A stretch of 63,377 bases of DNA, counting the filler, from Choristocarpus tenellus KU-1152 (lineage: Eukaryota > Protista > Phaeophyceae): NCBI GenBank assembly GCA_964200185.2. It is 13 parts of 13 records of this genome, joined end to end, with 100 filler letters (N's around TTAATTAATTAA, not from the genome) between each part and the next. Parts side by side here need not be neighbours in the genome. Positions count along the whole stretch, not along the records: positions 37,302 to 41,775 come from CAXNAD020014389.1; positions 41,876 to 46,406 come from CAXNAD020014126.1; positions 46,507 to 54,035 come from CAXNAD020006015.1; 10 more parts are not named here. One strand, given 5' to 3'. Under the pieces are notes generated by a model that searched no databases, was not told the DNA's origin, and worked only from the letters and a program-made list of their open reading frames with translations. The translations under genes were made by a program, and so were the position numbers. Below, one piece after another: positions 38,906 to 51,295 of this stretch; the first letter of the stretch is position 1, and every line of letters starts with the position of its first letter.

Positions 38906-41161
38906 ATCTATCCAGCTGCACCCTTGATACTCCTCCAACTCCACACACATCCCCTGCAGTGCTGTCTCCATCTGTTTCCTTAATGCGCATGAATGTGTAA
39001 ACCTCCATAGATCCTCCCGATTGATGTAGCGTTCAACCTACCAATTTACAGAAAACGCTTGAGAATACGGACCAGCATCAATGGTAAGGGTAAGGGTTAG
39101 GAGGGAAACAAAAGGATTTGTGGCTTAGAACTATTTGAATCCCTGCTAACAAGAGATGAGCTGATGTTATGATAGGCGTATACTACCAACACTAGTACAG
39201 CCGTATGAGGTGCTACAAGGACGATACAACCGTATAATCGAAAGATATCAGCACTACTGCTTACTGTGGTGGTAGCTATCTCTACGAACACGACCACTAG
39301 TAACTATCATTATGGACAGATGTCGTATAACAATTTGAATTCCAATCACACCTACTCACTCCTAATGACAATCACTACCACTGCCAATCAGTACAAGTGA
39401 ATGATGAGAAGCACGATCCATTCCAGCACTTCTCAGAATGATAAGCATGGTAGTCGAACAGTGTTGCTCATAGCGATCTTGGTGAGAAACAAGAGACAAC
39501 CATAGATGAAGAAATATGTGAGAGGATAGAGAGGGAATGAGGCAGAGAAGTAGTCCTTGTATCAAAGAAGAACCTCGTACATTAGTGTGTTTTCAAACAC
39601 TAGTATCTACGCAGTATATTATTATCAATGCCTTATCTACATATACAACAAAAAGATTATATACGATATGGTGAACACCCCTACTTAACATCAGTTCCCC
39701 TACGGTGTACCTGAGAAGGTACTTCACACAGCCAAGATTATTATATGAATATAGTAGCAACCTCAAGTGTCCTCTGGCTTACCTGTTGATATTTGAGCCG
39801 CTACTACTAGCACTTCTACTACAGTGACGATGACAAAGACTGCAATTTGTGGTAAGTTTTGAATGGATAAGGTGCTTAATTGAATGGCATCCTGTACACG
39901 TCATATAAATTTCCGTGTTTTTATCTTTGTATTTTCTTTCACACGTCTGTGCTCCGTAGGTTGTGGAATCCTACCCGCCATGATGTCCTCCTCCTCTGCT
40001 TATTGATGCATGGAATAGGTTGGCTCATACCACCGCTAGTATCGTTTCTGTTCTGATGTGTGAGTAATTCTTGCCCTTTTATGGTCTTCTATCATTATCA
40101 TTGTTATTGTCAACCTCCACATGCGGTGAAATATGGAGACATCATCGCAGCTTCTAGACTGACTGAAGATAGCACTATACTCGGGCATTGAGGTAGAGGC
40201 AATGAATCGATTATGACATGTGTGTGTTGTTGTCGATCTCTTGTGTTCACAATCCGTTTGTAGATAAGAGATCGGGAGGACTCCCACACAACAAAAAACA
40301 CACTCTTAACCCCCCACACCCCTCCCTTGTGTAATAGACGGTATTATTATACTTACTATTAGTAGTAGTCCTCCTGCGTTTAGTATTGTCCTTTCCTTGC
40401 TGTGTTTTAGCTCAAATTGTTGCTTTTGTAGCTGCATGCACACGTTTGGGATTTTGGTCCCATACAGGCGTAGTATGCTGATTTGGGCGAGGAAATGTTT
40501 GTACTACTATTGATGCTACTAGTAGTACCATAAATAGTTCTTCCTCACCTTTTTAGTCGTTGAAGTTGATCTTTTTCTCCATCTTTTCTACAAATACAAC
40601 AGCATCAGCAATACTGTCATCATTGTTTTAACTTAATACTGAGTATTACAGTCATTAATCGAAAAGTCAGTTCTACTACATTACATCGATGTACGGCGTC
40701 TTGGGGGACTCCTCTGCTACGACAGCACGACAACACTGCTCACAAGTACTAGCAGCTTACACTTCAAAATCTACTAGCATCAGATATTTTGGCAATTGAA
40801 TGCATACTTTTGCATCTATAATTCGTTTGTNNNNNNNNNNTATTTTATGAAGGACCACCCACCCGTATTGAAGGAGGCTCAAAATCATGAATGGAAACAA
40901 AGGACTACGACTGCCATGCAACCAAAACTCCCTTCTACTATGTATTGCAACAACAACATGCTGCTTGGAACGCTCTGAAAATATCGTCATGGATTAAACT
41001 ACACACATGTTGTTGCCGCCATCGCCCGTGGCAGCTATTACTATCCGCCACAACAAATATGTGTACTCGGCTCTCAATACACACCGCTCATTCTCCAAGA
41101 GGCCTATGAGGTATACTTTACTTACACGAATATCTTTCACATGCTTGCTAATCCGGCGTCT

Positions 41162-41695
41162 CTACATTTCTCTAGCACTGCGACCGGGCAGAAAGTGTGC
41201 AGTGGTAAACCTAATCCGCGTGTTTGGCTCCAGCGTTTGTGTTGGAGTCAAAGGTCTCTTCCGTGCCGCTGTACTGCTCCATCCTGTATCCGCTTCAAGG
41301 ACTGGTCCTTCCACGCCCGTCTGCAAGGGCACCCCCGTACATGCACCTGCACCGGCAGACGCCCCCCTCCCCTCCCCCATACCGAGGTTCTCCTTATCTT
41401 CATCGCCCTCGTCGTCCTTGTCCTCCTTCTGCTGCTCCTCGTCCTCCTCCTCATCTTCATCTTCCTCCTTGGCGTCGTCGGTGTTGTCCTCCTTTTCGTC
41501 CCCATTCTCTCCTCGCCTTTCCTCTCCTCGTCCCTTGAATTTAGTCTTCCGTCCTTCTCCCACAAAACCCCCCCTTTCCCTCGCCTCAATAGCAGACCGT
41601 AGAACTGTCAAGACCTTGGTAGAAATCTTTTTGCCGTTCCCAACAAGTTTGTCGCACGTCGAAACAATACCGGGTACAAACAACACTGCGTACAT
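41162..41695 (-). CDS. Possible coding fragment with an acidic D/E tract; function unknown, possibly a pseudogene
   Basis: 177-aa ORF containing EKEDNTDDAKEEDEDEEEDEEQQKEDKDDEGDEDKEN and RKRP, bounded by in-frame stops. No domain recognised. Confidence 0.35.
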   Translation of the reverse strand: MYAVLFVPGIVSTCDKLVGNGKKISTKVLTVLRSAIEARERGGFVGEGRKTKFKGRGEERRGENGDEKEDNTDDAKEEDEDEEEDEEQQKEDKDDEGDEDKENLGMGEGRGASAGAGACTGVPLQTGVEGPVLEADTGWSSTAARKRPLTPTQTLEPNTRIRFTTAHFLPGRSAREM

Positions 41696-41875
41696 ACATC
41701 AAACCCACCTCTCTACACTGGAGGATGCTCTTGCGTAGGTGTACCTTTGCAAGCGTCGATGACATGATTGGATATNNNNNNNNNNNNNNNNNNNNNNNNN
41801 NNNNNNNNNNNNNNNNNNNTTAATTAATTAANNNNNNNNNNNNNNNNNNNNNNNNNNNNNNNNNNNNNNNNNNNN

Positions 41876-44023
41876 ACCTCCCTTCGGAGCCCCCTGCAGC
41901 GGAACGGAGGCCCTCCCCCCATCAATGTTCCCCCCCTTGGCCCCTGCCACAGGAGCAGGAGAACGGCGTGGCGGCTGACTCGGGTCGGGCAACCCATGAA
42001 AATTGTACAGGTTGCCATCTCCTACGATGGCTGTGGATCCAGAAAAGGAACCATTTGAAGGGGCACTGCGGCGAGAGTTGGTACTCCTCACACCGACCAA
42101 TCCAACAGGTGGTAGTGGCAAAGCAGCAGCCGTAGTTATGGGAGAGGCACCTCGTGAAGGTGTAGGCACATCTGGACCGATCACAGCGCTTAGTTCCGCC
42201 AGTGCACAATCTTGACGTCAGTCCACGTGAAGGGAGCAAATTGGTGGCAAGTGTGATGAGAGCGGTTAGTTTGGTTCTTTGTGCAAGGCGAAAGCTTGTT
42301 CGGTTGTTGTGGGAGTGTGTGTTATGGAGTTGAGGGTACAGTAGGGCAGGAAGGGTGATCCGTCAGGGACAATCTGTGGTTGGGTTGGTAAGTGGCTATT
42401 CCAAGGTACAAGGAGTGAAAAAAAACATCAATGAGAAAATAACATCGTACTAAGAAGCTCTGATGAAGAGAAGAGACCAACTCACCCGAAGGGTAAATAA
42501 ATGGTGTAGAGATGGAGGATGATCTTCTCTCATCAGCTATAACAAGTCATTCAGAGAAAAGGAGCACACTACCATGCATCAAAGCTGCTAATCGTGACAC
42601 AAAAACTTTAGGCAGCGCATAAAAGACTACAGATACACCATACCGTCCATGGTGGAAATGGTGCGGCATAGAGGACCAGTCATTGCTATGGGTGCAATGT
42701 CACTCAAGAAGCCCGGAGGAGATTCCATCGATTCAGGCACAGGGATAGGTTGCTTTTTCCAGACTCTTGTTTTCCCACCCCAGGACCTTGTATTGTCTGT
42801 CTCGTCTTCCTAGAGGGGGGGTCAATGGAAATTCCGGACAAGGATGGTGGTGGGAGTGGAGGAGATGAGAAATGCATTATGGAAAGGATAAAGGTTATCA
42901 GATTTTCGGCGAGATAGTACTCCAGAGTCCCCCATGTTAAAAACCCTTCAACTGACAGCTGAGTTACCTATTACCTATGAAGTACTTTAGAGTACAACAC
43001 ACCAAATAAAATGTCTCCTCACTTGTAGCTATAGAACGATATTAACCGTATGAAGATGGAAGGATTCCACTGCAACTTGTCTCTATCATTTCAATCGTAT
43101 AATGTTCACGTTCTCCTGAACTTTGCAGGATATACGAACAGCACGTAATTGAGCTACATAACAGCAAATTTGTAAACATACAAATGACGTGCGCGCGTCT
43201 GTTTCGGCAACGTGTGAGATTTCTCTCTCTCTCTCTCTCTCCATCTGAATTGTCCTGAAGATTTACCGCAGGAAGCATAGCAGCCGGGGCTGTGACATCC
43301 GCAGAGAATAGTCCTTGCTGCAGTTTCCGCCGAATATTTCCCTCCATCTCTTGGAAGAAGTTACGCTGTTGCTCTTCTTGGCGCGCGATCCTCGCCCTTC
43401 AGGATGGGATGGGGAAACATAGGGAGGATATGTTGCTCAGGAAACTGTCGAGGATAAAACTACAGCTAGTTGATGGGCCCTGTTAATTCCTTTGGAAACT
43501 GAAACGTTTGGCTCAGGCTTGTTGACAAGAAGATTGGTTGGGCAAGGCCAATCTCACGGAGACTAAGACAGAGAGAGGACGGGGGATGGTGAAAATAAGG
43601 TTCTAGTTCTAGCAGTACAATCGAGAGGTTTATCCATTGCAAACATGAAACCTAGCAATGTCTAAGTAGACTCCCTTTACGGTGGAGCGAAGGTCGTGTT
43701 GGTGCAACTGTGATTCCTGTAGGTTGAACTCTTCCCTTCTGGGCAATTTCAGTTGCAGATATAGTGCATGCAGACTTGAACATGAGAGGACACAAGTAAT
43801 GTTTGGTCTTCTGCTACGACCAAAATCCTGAACTCAGGTGTTACACTTCCACCGTGAAGCCTTACCTCTCCGCCCTTGAGCAGAGACAAAGGGGCTTCTC
43901 CCACTGGGATTGCCTGGTCACCACATTCCAGAAGAACTTCTTGCCGGTATTTGGATCCTCGGACACGCGCCAAAGTTTGGCTTCATCTTCGATCTCTCCA
44001 TCTCCTCTCGATTTAGTAGACAT
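41876..44023 (-). CDS. N-terminal WW-domain protein, probably stramenopile cyclin-Y-like; exons 44023-43866, 43396-43267, 42809-42644, 42210-41876; 3'-partial
   Basis: MSTKSRG...LWRVSEDPNTGKKFFWNVVTRQSQWEKP (WW domain) LCLCSRAE|RARIARQEEQQRNFFQEMEGNIRRKL...|...PLCRTISTMD|DCALAELS. Splice phases 2, 0 and 1 are all consistent. The cyclin-Y call rests on recalled family architecture; the cyclin box is not in the contig. Confidence 0.75.
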
Positions 44024-44242
44024 TAGAGCAACAACCCAGTTAGAACTGGGAAGGTCATGTGAACCACAACAATTTTGCACTACAACAACACTACTAGTAA
44101 TGGAAATGTTGATCGTTGATCGGCAGAGTACAAGTAGAAGGCAAAACTTCAAAAATGAACCAATCAAACTTTTTTGTACTTCTAAGCCTGACCCTCATAC
44201 CGTCATATCGTTCCACCATACCCCTATAATTTTATTATATTA

Positions 44243-44783
44243 TATTATTATGCCCTCTGACATTATGCAGATGTGTCAGGGGGAAACCAATGAAAACTAT
44301 ATTCTGGATTTTACCCCTATAATACATATATTCAAGATTAGGGTTTTTAAAGTGGGGTTCCAGGTCATATATAGTTTTCATTGGTTTCCCCCCTGACACA
44401 TCTGCAAAATGTCAGAGGGCATAATAATAAAATAGTGCTAATACAAACAGAATAAATGCTTCCTTAGTTCCCCCTTAGAGGCACAGGAATAGGTAGATGG
44501 GAAGATAACGACGACAGTAGTACAATATTTGATATATAGTTTTCATTGGTTTCCCCCTGACACATCTGCAAAATGTCACAGGGCATAATAATATAATACA
44601 AACAGAACAATATTGATTTTCCCGTATTTAAACACATATGTCATCTATAAAAATGTTACACGGTATAATAATACATGGTAGAAGTGAATTGACACACCAA
44701 CACACTATCAAACTTACCGTAAACTTGTACTCCACCAATTTTGTTTATTTTATTATTATGCCCTCTGACATTTTGCAGATGTG
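44243..44783. repeat. Cluster of ~60-bp inverted and direct repeats (family D)
   Basis: TATTATTATGCCCTCTGACATT(A/T)TGCAGATGTGTCAGGGGGAAACCAATGAAAACTATAT at 44243-44302 (+); reverse complement at 44369-44429 and 44534-44593; partial (+) at 44751-44783; fragment on another contig at 53088-53108. Confidence 0.9.
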
Positions 44784-45049
44784 ATTTTGTTTATTATTAT
44801 TGAGGGTATGGTTCGACGATACCAAAAATTAAATTTTTCATGATGGTGTTTGACAGGACCTCGATGTGTAATCCCTTTATTTTTTACTTATGATTTGAAA
44901 TCCTTCTTGACCACAAGCGTCAAACTTGCATATAGAACTTACAACTACACAATCTACTTCCAACCCAAATATCAAATTCTACAGGAGTTATAGACCGAAA
45001 CATATCACACCATCTAACCGAGCACAGCCACCTCCCGCGCCATTCCTCT

Positions 45050-45300
45050 CTGTGCATCTGGAGGACTGTATCTGCTACCTTGTGGATACCTGCTTTCTCC
45101 TTTGCTTAGGAGCATAAACAAAACAGCCCTCCCATGTGGCCTTCCCCCATGCTTCTCCTCAAGTACCATGGGTGCTGAGTTGCAGATGTTCCCGATCTCT
45201 TCTGCCTCCAGGACCGTCCCCACATATTTACCCAGGCAGCCACCTATCACTGATTCTTTCCTTGCGGGGCTCCTGGAGTACGGGATATACTACGTTACAG
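45050..45300 (-). mobile_element. Possible degenerate Ty3/gypsy reverse transcriptase N-terminal fragment
   Basis: IPYSRSPARKESVIG...NSAPMVLEEKHGGRP resembles PYR.SP.E...I / SPwaaPvVlV.KkdG..R. Highly decayed. Confidence 0.4.
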
Positions 45301-46382
45301 AGCTTCCTCACCTCTTTCCCCGTTAGTGGTGACCCTTCGTGTTGACCACTCATCCTAACAATATACAAAGTCGGCAATAACCCACTATGGTTGTTGAAAG
45401 TGAGAAACAGGGGTCCTTTAGAGGATTTCTCTCCATAGGATTGTTCTGAACGCCACAAATTCCTGCTCCGCTGGATAGGAATTCCGCAAGAGTAATACGT
45501 CGAACATGCCCTGTCACACGAAGGTTTTCTTGTGAAGTCTGGGTGAGAGAATATCGAGGCAATGGTGCGCAAACGGAGGCTCCCATTTGCTAGATCAGCT
45601 GCGCACATGGGGGGTAAGAATCTTCCCAAGGTGTTGACTTGATGTCTGGGGAGCTTGAGGCTTGAAAACTGAAACACAGTGGAGAGAACTAGTGAGTCAA
45701 ATCAATGAAGACATAGGAAGGTTTGGACCCTTTTCTATTTCTAAGCCTTCTTTCTTAGCCTGTGCAATACACTCTATTTCAAAGCTTTATATGTACAATG
45801 GTGGACACAAAATTGATGTTCCCACTTCGCACACACAAATGACACAAAAATTCAGCTAAGGATTTACCTGCAATTGTACAAAACGGAATATTTTCACCCT
45901 TGCTCGGGATCCTTAAAATGCAACCCCGCCTACCTCTCAGTTTATTTCACTCTGGCGGACATGCCTCAAGACTACCTTGGGAAGATTGAGATCACAGTAG
46001 TTGAGACTTGGAGCACTAGGGTCACTAACCAACACGTGGTATGAGTGCGCGGTTGCTGGAAGCAGGGTTAATGGTAGAGTAGTAGCAAATCAAGGGAATG
46101 GTGATAGATAATATACATCATGCCAAAGCAGCAGCTAAGTCACCACCACTGTTGAACGCTGGTTTTTCTGTGTGTTCTTTTTTATTAATTCATTCGCTTT
46201 TTCCTCTTCCCCTCATATAATTTTTTGGGTTGTAGTATTATTTTTAATTGGAATTCTATTTATCCATTGCTTTACTTTTTTCTATTTTACGGTCCTTGTT
46301 GCCTTTCCCCAAGCAGTAGTAGTGCGTAGTGTGTTCTTGGAATAACGTTTGGACCACAAGTCTAGGATCCTTAAGACCAATT

Positions 46383-46406
46383 GACCCAAAGTATCTGGGA
46401 GGGGGG
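46383..46406. mobile_element. MITE family B terminus at contig end
   Basis: GACCCAAAGTATCTGGGAGGGGGG. Confidence 0.75.
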
Positions 46407-49400
46407 NNNNNNNNNNNNNNNNNNNNNNNNNNNNNNNNNNNNNNNNNNNNTTAATTAATTAANNNNNNNNNNNNNNNNNNNNNNNNNNNNNNNNNNNNNN
46501 NNNNNNCTTTCAAGTTATTATTTTTACTAATTTAGAAAGACGCGTAGGATCTAATGTTGCTAATGGGGATAACAGTTTGCGAAGTGACTGTGTTATCTTT
46601 GCTCTTATCACTACTCTTCCAGACACATTATATCCACCAACCATGTGTTTTTACACCCCACCTCCTCTCCACAAAATGTCGTACACTCTATTCCCTCCTC
46701 AACTCCAGGGAAGTAATTTTTATTCTACTTCCATGATCCAAAATATGGGGTTACATATGCAAGGTCAAAGACGGAGGTCATTAAACTTCGATGATAGCAA
46801 CTGTATTCCAAACCCTGAGCTCTTGCAAAACGGCTGCTAAGGCAAAAAGCTACTTGTTGGATGAAGACTACCCAACAGACACTGACACACAATGTTTCAA
46901 CAGCACGAAAAGAAAGAGAGAAAAAAGAAGCAGCTAGAACTTACAACCAAACTGCTGCTGTGAATACATTTCAGACTCTTCCTACATTGAAATCCAACCA
47001 GAATCCACCCACCTCCAATGTAACTCTGACATCTTCCAAGCAGATGTTAAGCCCCCTCCCACCCTCACACATACAAACACCCTTTCAGAGCATCCCATCA
47101 ATTCTAACATACCTAGATTTTGCATTTACTCTCCTATTATTCCCTCTTCCGAATCAAGTGGCGTTCCATTGCACCCCATCCCTTGGACACAGCTGCAACA
47201 TACTGATGCACCTTGCTTTCCAGTACTCCCCATTTCACGTATCTTATCTTGGTTCGATTAGATTCTAGTTTTGAGCTAAATTTCTTCCCTAATCTGAGAT
47301 TACTTCCGATGATATACAACTGAACAGCTTAATCTCCACACAACTGTGACTCTCTACACTTTCATCAACCCTCACCGCAGTTTAAAACTTCAGCCTTGGC
47401 ATCAGGAAACCCTACTCACCACAGCGGACCCCTGTGTAAATGTGCGCAGACTTGGCCTGCTGGAAGACAAGCTCTTGTGTGGGACAGAGGAATACACACC
47501 ACTTCCTCGTTCCGTCTTCCTTACGACAGGGGTCCTGGAAGTAGAAATCCCTAATCAACATCAAGGAGACAAGGGTCTTGACAAGGTGATAGGATAAAAG
47601 ATCGCGAAAAGACGGCAGACAGTGATGTGGGAGGTGGGTGGAAGTCAGGATCGCAACATGGATAGGCCGTGGCGAGGGCTTGTAATTAACTGTTCAGTAA
47701 ACAGTTGGGTAAGGGCAGTGGTGTGGAAACGGACGGTCCGTGTACCAAACAAAAAGAGATCGCCGGGGATCGCGCACCCCCACGGAGGTGGTTGTATTTA
47801 TCTCATGAACCGCTGTGGTATGATGGTCCGTAATCCGTATGTCGATCCCGCAGCGTGGTAATATGACTGACCTCGCGAAAGCATTCCATAAGATCATCTC
47901 TATTATAATACCTCTTCCTACGCCATGCCTAACATGATCAGCTGCAACCTTGGAGTCCCTGGCATCCACTAGACATGGGCATAAGCGCGAAAATGTCTAG
48001 AAATCTTAGATTATGACATAGGGGCACACAAATATTGGTAGCGTGGTTCACCACACCCATCTCAACAAAACATGTCCTGTCAATAGGGGGCACAAGTCCG
48101 ACTCTCCACCTAATAGTCAGCTCCTAGGATCACGTTACCTTGCCTACACCTGTAGCCCCGACCATTACGACATTGTCTTTGCGAGCGGCATCAAAAGCCT
48201 CAGCCTGATATGGACGTGGATCCATCCTCTTGCAGTCTGTCGCAGTTGAGGATACGCCAAGCACCACGAGAGGCTGGGCGGCCAATGCCAAGGTTTTTTA
48301 GTGGGATGACTAATACAATTACTGCCAGCCATCCATCCTACAGCCCTCCAGCTGCTTCAATCCAGCTGCTTCCAGGGGTGAACACCAGGTCCCTAATGGA
48401 AAAGTTGCGATATAGTCTCTCTTTCACATGCGACCATAGAGGTTTATCAGGTGCGCGAATGAACTCGCGACAAAGTTTTTCTTTTACACACACTTTTTCG
48501 AGGACCAGATATTTATTTTACGGGATGGGATGCTCACGGGACTGGATCTTTTGGTTGTGTCCTTCTGACTACACCACTAAACACACACACCACAATCAAG
48601 TTCTTGGTGAGTGTGGTGTGACTGGTTTTCTGGTTGGCAATTCTACGAGGGAGTAGGTCATTAACTGGTACTACTTTCAAGTGCTGACTTTCCACATGAC
48701 ATGTTAGACTTTTTCAATTCTTGAGGGAGGGGCGTACACTAGGTTGGGATCAGACCCAGACTGGTCCCACAATGATCTAACTTGCCTTAGTCTGTGTCCA
48801 CTAGGTATTGTATCAGTCCATGACCACCAGTCAAACCAGGTCAAACTCTCTCTTAACATGTCCAGACCGTGTCCACAAGGGATTGTAGCAGCCCGGGCCT
48901 GCCAGCTGTACAAGATCTACAACTTTCCAATCTGTCCAGACCATGTATGTGTCCACTAAATATTGTTATGAGCTCGTGTGCGCCAGCCAGTCTAACATGT
49001 CCAGACCATGTCCAGAACTCGCATTTGTCGAATTCACAGACCAGACAGATCTACTTCTGGTCTGACTCAGATGGACCCGTTCACATCGTTTGGCCACTCT
49101 ATACGATAAATGCATGTACAAATGTAACATATTGTCATCATGTTGAAGTGATTGGGTATATAACAAAATACTCCTTACTGGGTCGAGTAGAGAGTATATA
49201 ACAAAATACTCCTTTCTAATGATCACAGGATATTCTTTTTTCTAAATCGTGAATACACATGCATAGGTATGTGCACTGGGAAAGTCAGGAGGCATGTCTG
49301 CCTAGAAAGTTGAAGCTATTTGTAATATTTTCTCCATAAATTGTACTCCTGTTTGATACCTTTGATAAATGAGTCTCCTCATTCCTACCAGATGATACCA

Positions 49401-50729
49401 TTTGTATAGGTTAAATGTAAATTTCCTAGAGTTAGTGATGGGTTTCAAATTTATTTTGGAGTGATTTGATATTTGATACGATGCTGGCAAAAAGAAGCAG
49501 TATCGATACAGGTGACATATCTTGATGACGGTTTTCATATTTGCCATTACGACCTCGATGTCGTAGATTTTATAGATTATACTTCTTGACCATATATTAT
49601 TCGGTAATTATGATGCCCCATTTAGGTGGTACATCATTGTTCAATCCACTTTATACAACCTAATGATACCCATGAAGCGAATAATCGAAGTGAGAGATAC
49701 AGCCTATTTGACGACATTTACATTTTATGGGACCTTCTACGAGCTTCGTGGTCCAAGTACAGCGTTGTGGATTGAAGCAATGTATCCCATCATGGTAACC
49801 TTGCGGAGCGTTTTGTAACAGTATGAATACGAGATGATATTCTTCAAATGTTGCCCCAAACGGACAGATTTTTCGACCCTTTCTTCAAACTGTTGACATT
49901 TTTTCTGTTCTGGGGGACTTTAGTGCCTGTAGATGGGTTGAATGGGTAACTTTGAGGTTTCTTCGTGTGGGTGTAAGTCGCAAAATTCACACCAGGTAAG
50001 ATGTTATAGCTAGCCAGTCATACATTAGTTGACTTATAAATATTCCCACCATAACTTTTGACTGGGTGCTGATAAAGACGATGCTCGCTCGAGAGGGTCG
50101 AAGAATCAGTCATCACATAACCGCTTTTGTCGGTCAATTCTTCTACCAACATAGCTCGGCTTGACATCATGGCAAATGCAAGTGAGACAAGTGCACTGGA
50201 CAAGATACATAACAACACCACCAAAGGCAAAGAAGAGAATGATTAAAACAAGGCAACACAGGGGACAACGAGGAAGTGTTACAGGCAAATAGTGCGAGTA
50301 TTTATTCTCTCGTTCTAACAACCACAAGCAGTATACACGCATGGGGAACCTTGTAAAAGAGGAAATCCGATTTGCTGAAGGTTGCAGAGTAAGATGTGTA
50401 ACTTGGGAATATCGCAACGTTTTTCATATATATTCCAACTTGGGTAATCAAAACAATAAATTATATAAAGAGCTTGCTAGAAGTCGCTTTTCTTTTGTTT
50501 GATGCCATTTACACGCTGACGTAAAAAGAAATAAGTACCCCTGCCCTGCTAACCTGACGCGCGTGTATTACTTGGATTGCTGAAGTATCCTGAGAGGCTT
50601 GCACGAGCATCAGCATCTTCTATGGGCTTGTGGATTGGAGGTATACATCCTGTGGAGGTAAGCTTCTGGGGCATGCTGTAACAGAAGTCAATGTAGAAGT
50701 TGATTCATGGGCAACGAAATTTGCCCCCA

Positions 50730-51295
50730 ACACCAAAGTCAGGTCACAAGTTTAGAACTTTCATATAGTACTGTTGGCAGGCGTTTCAAGCTGAGGGCTA
50801 TATGATTTATTGAAAAATGTGACCTCAAAATACCATGTCAACCTATGACGAATCTCGCCACACACATGGACACTTCGCACAGCAGTCTTGCAGCCTGGGT
50901 GGACTTGATGGAGAATGATGAGCAAGAAAGTGCCTTTATCCATGTTTATATTGCTCTGAAGAAATACTACATTAATTTTCTGGTTGTCAGCTAACGCAAG
51001 CTGCTCACTTCCTTACACTACAATTAATTTGATAAGAATGTAGGTAATATGAACTCATCGGTTTCGTCCAGTATACAGGTGTAAGGTGAAGGAGGAGCTT
51101 TTTGGAGAGTTAAGCAAGTTGGCATCAAAGTATCTCCCTGCACAGGCCACTTCAGCTGCTTCTGAATCCTTGTTCTACGCTGCTGGCAACACAGTCACCA
51201 CCAAGCGTAATCTTCTCTCTCAGAATGTAGTTAATGCCACTGTAGAGATGCACTCTTGCGGGAATGACTTGATAGCAGATAGCAGGAAGTCTTAG
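50730..51295 (+). mobile_element. Internally deleted hAT transposase remnant (BED-finger trace plus C-terminal dimerisation domain)
   Basis: 51086-51295 LFGELSKLASKYLPAQATSAASESLFYAAGNTVTTKRNLLSQNVVNATV matches the hAT dimerisation consensus (yP.Ls.lA.kyL..paTS..sEr.FS.ag..vt..RnrL). ~50826-50880 KIPCQPMTNLATHMDTSH resembles the end of a BED finger (TtNl..H....H). Confidence 0.8.

Noticed and set aside
41007-41738. 243-aa plus-strand Ser-rich ORF
   Set aside because: Antisense shadow of the GAG/GAC-rich acidic tract on the minus strand.
47622-47880. Possible SET-domain remnant (YLM...YVDP...GNM)
   Set aside because: Needs a frameshift and lacks the RFINHSC motif; similarity is too weak.
48858-49020. 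CRISPR-like repeat-spacer appearance
   Set aside because: Only ~3 short, non-identical repeats with irregular spacing, in a eukaryotic context with no cas genes.
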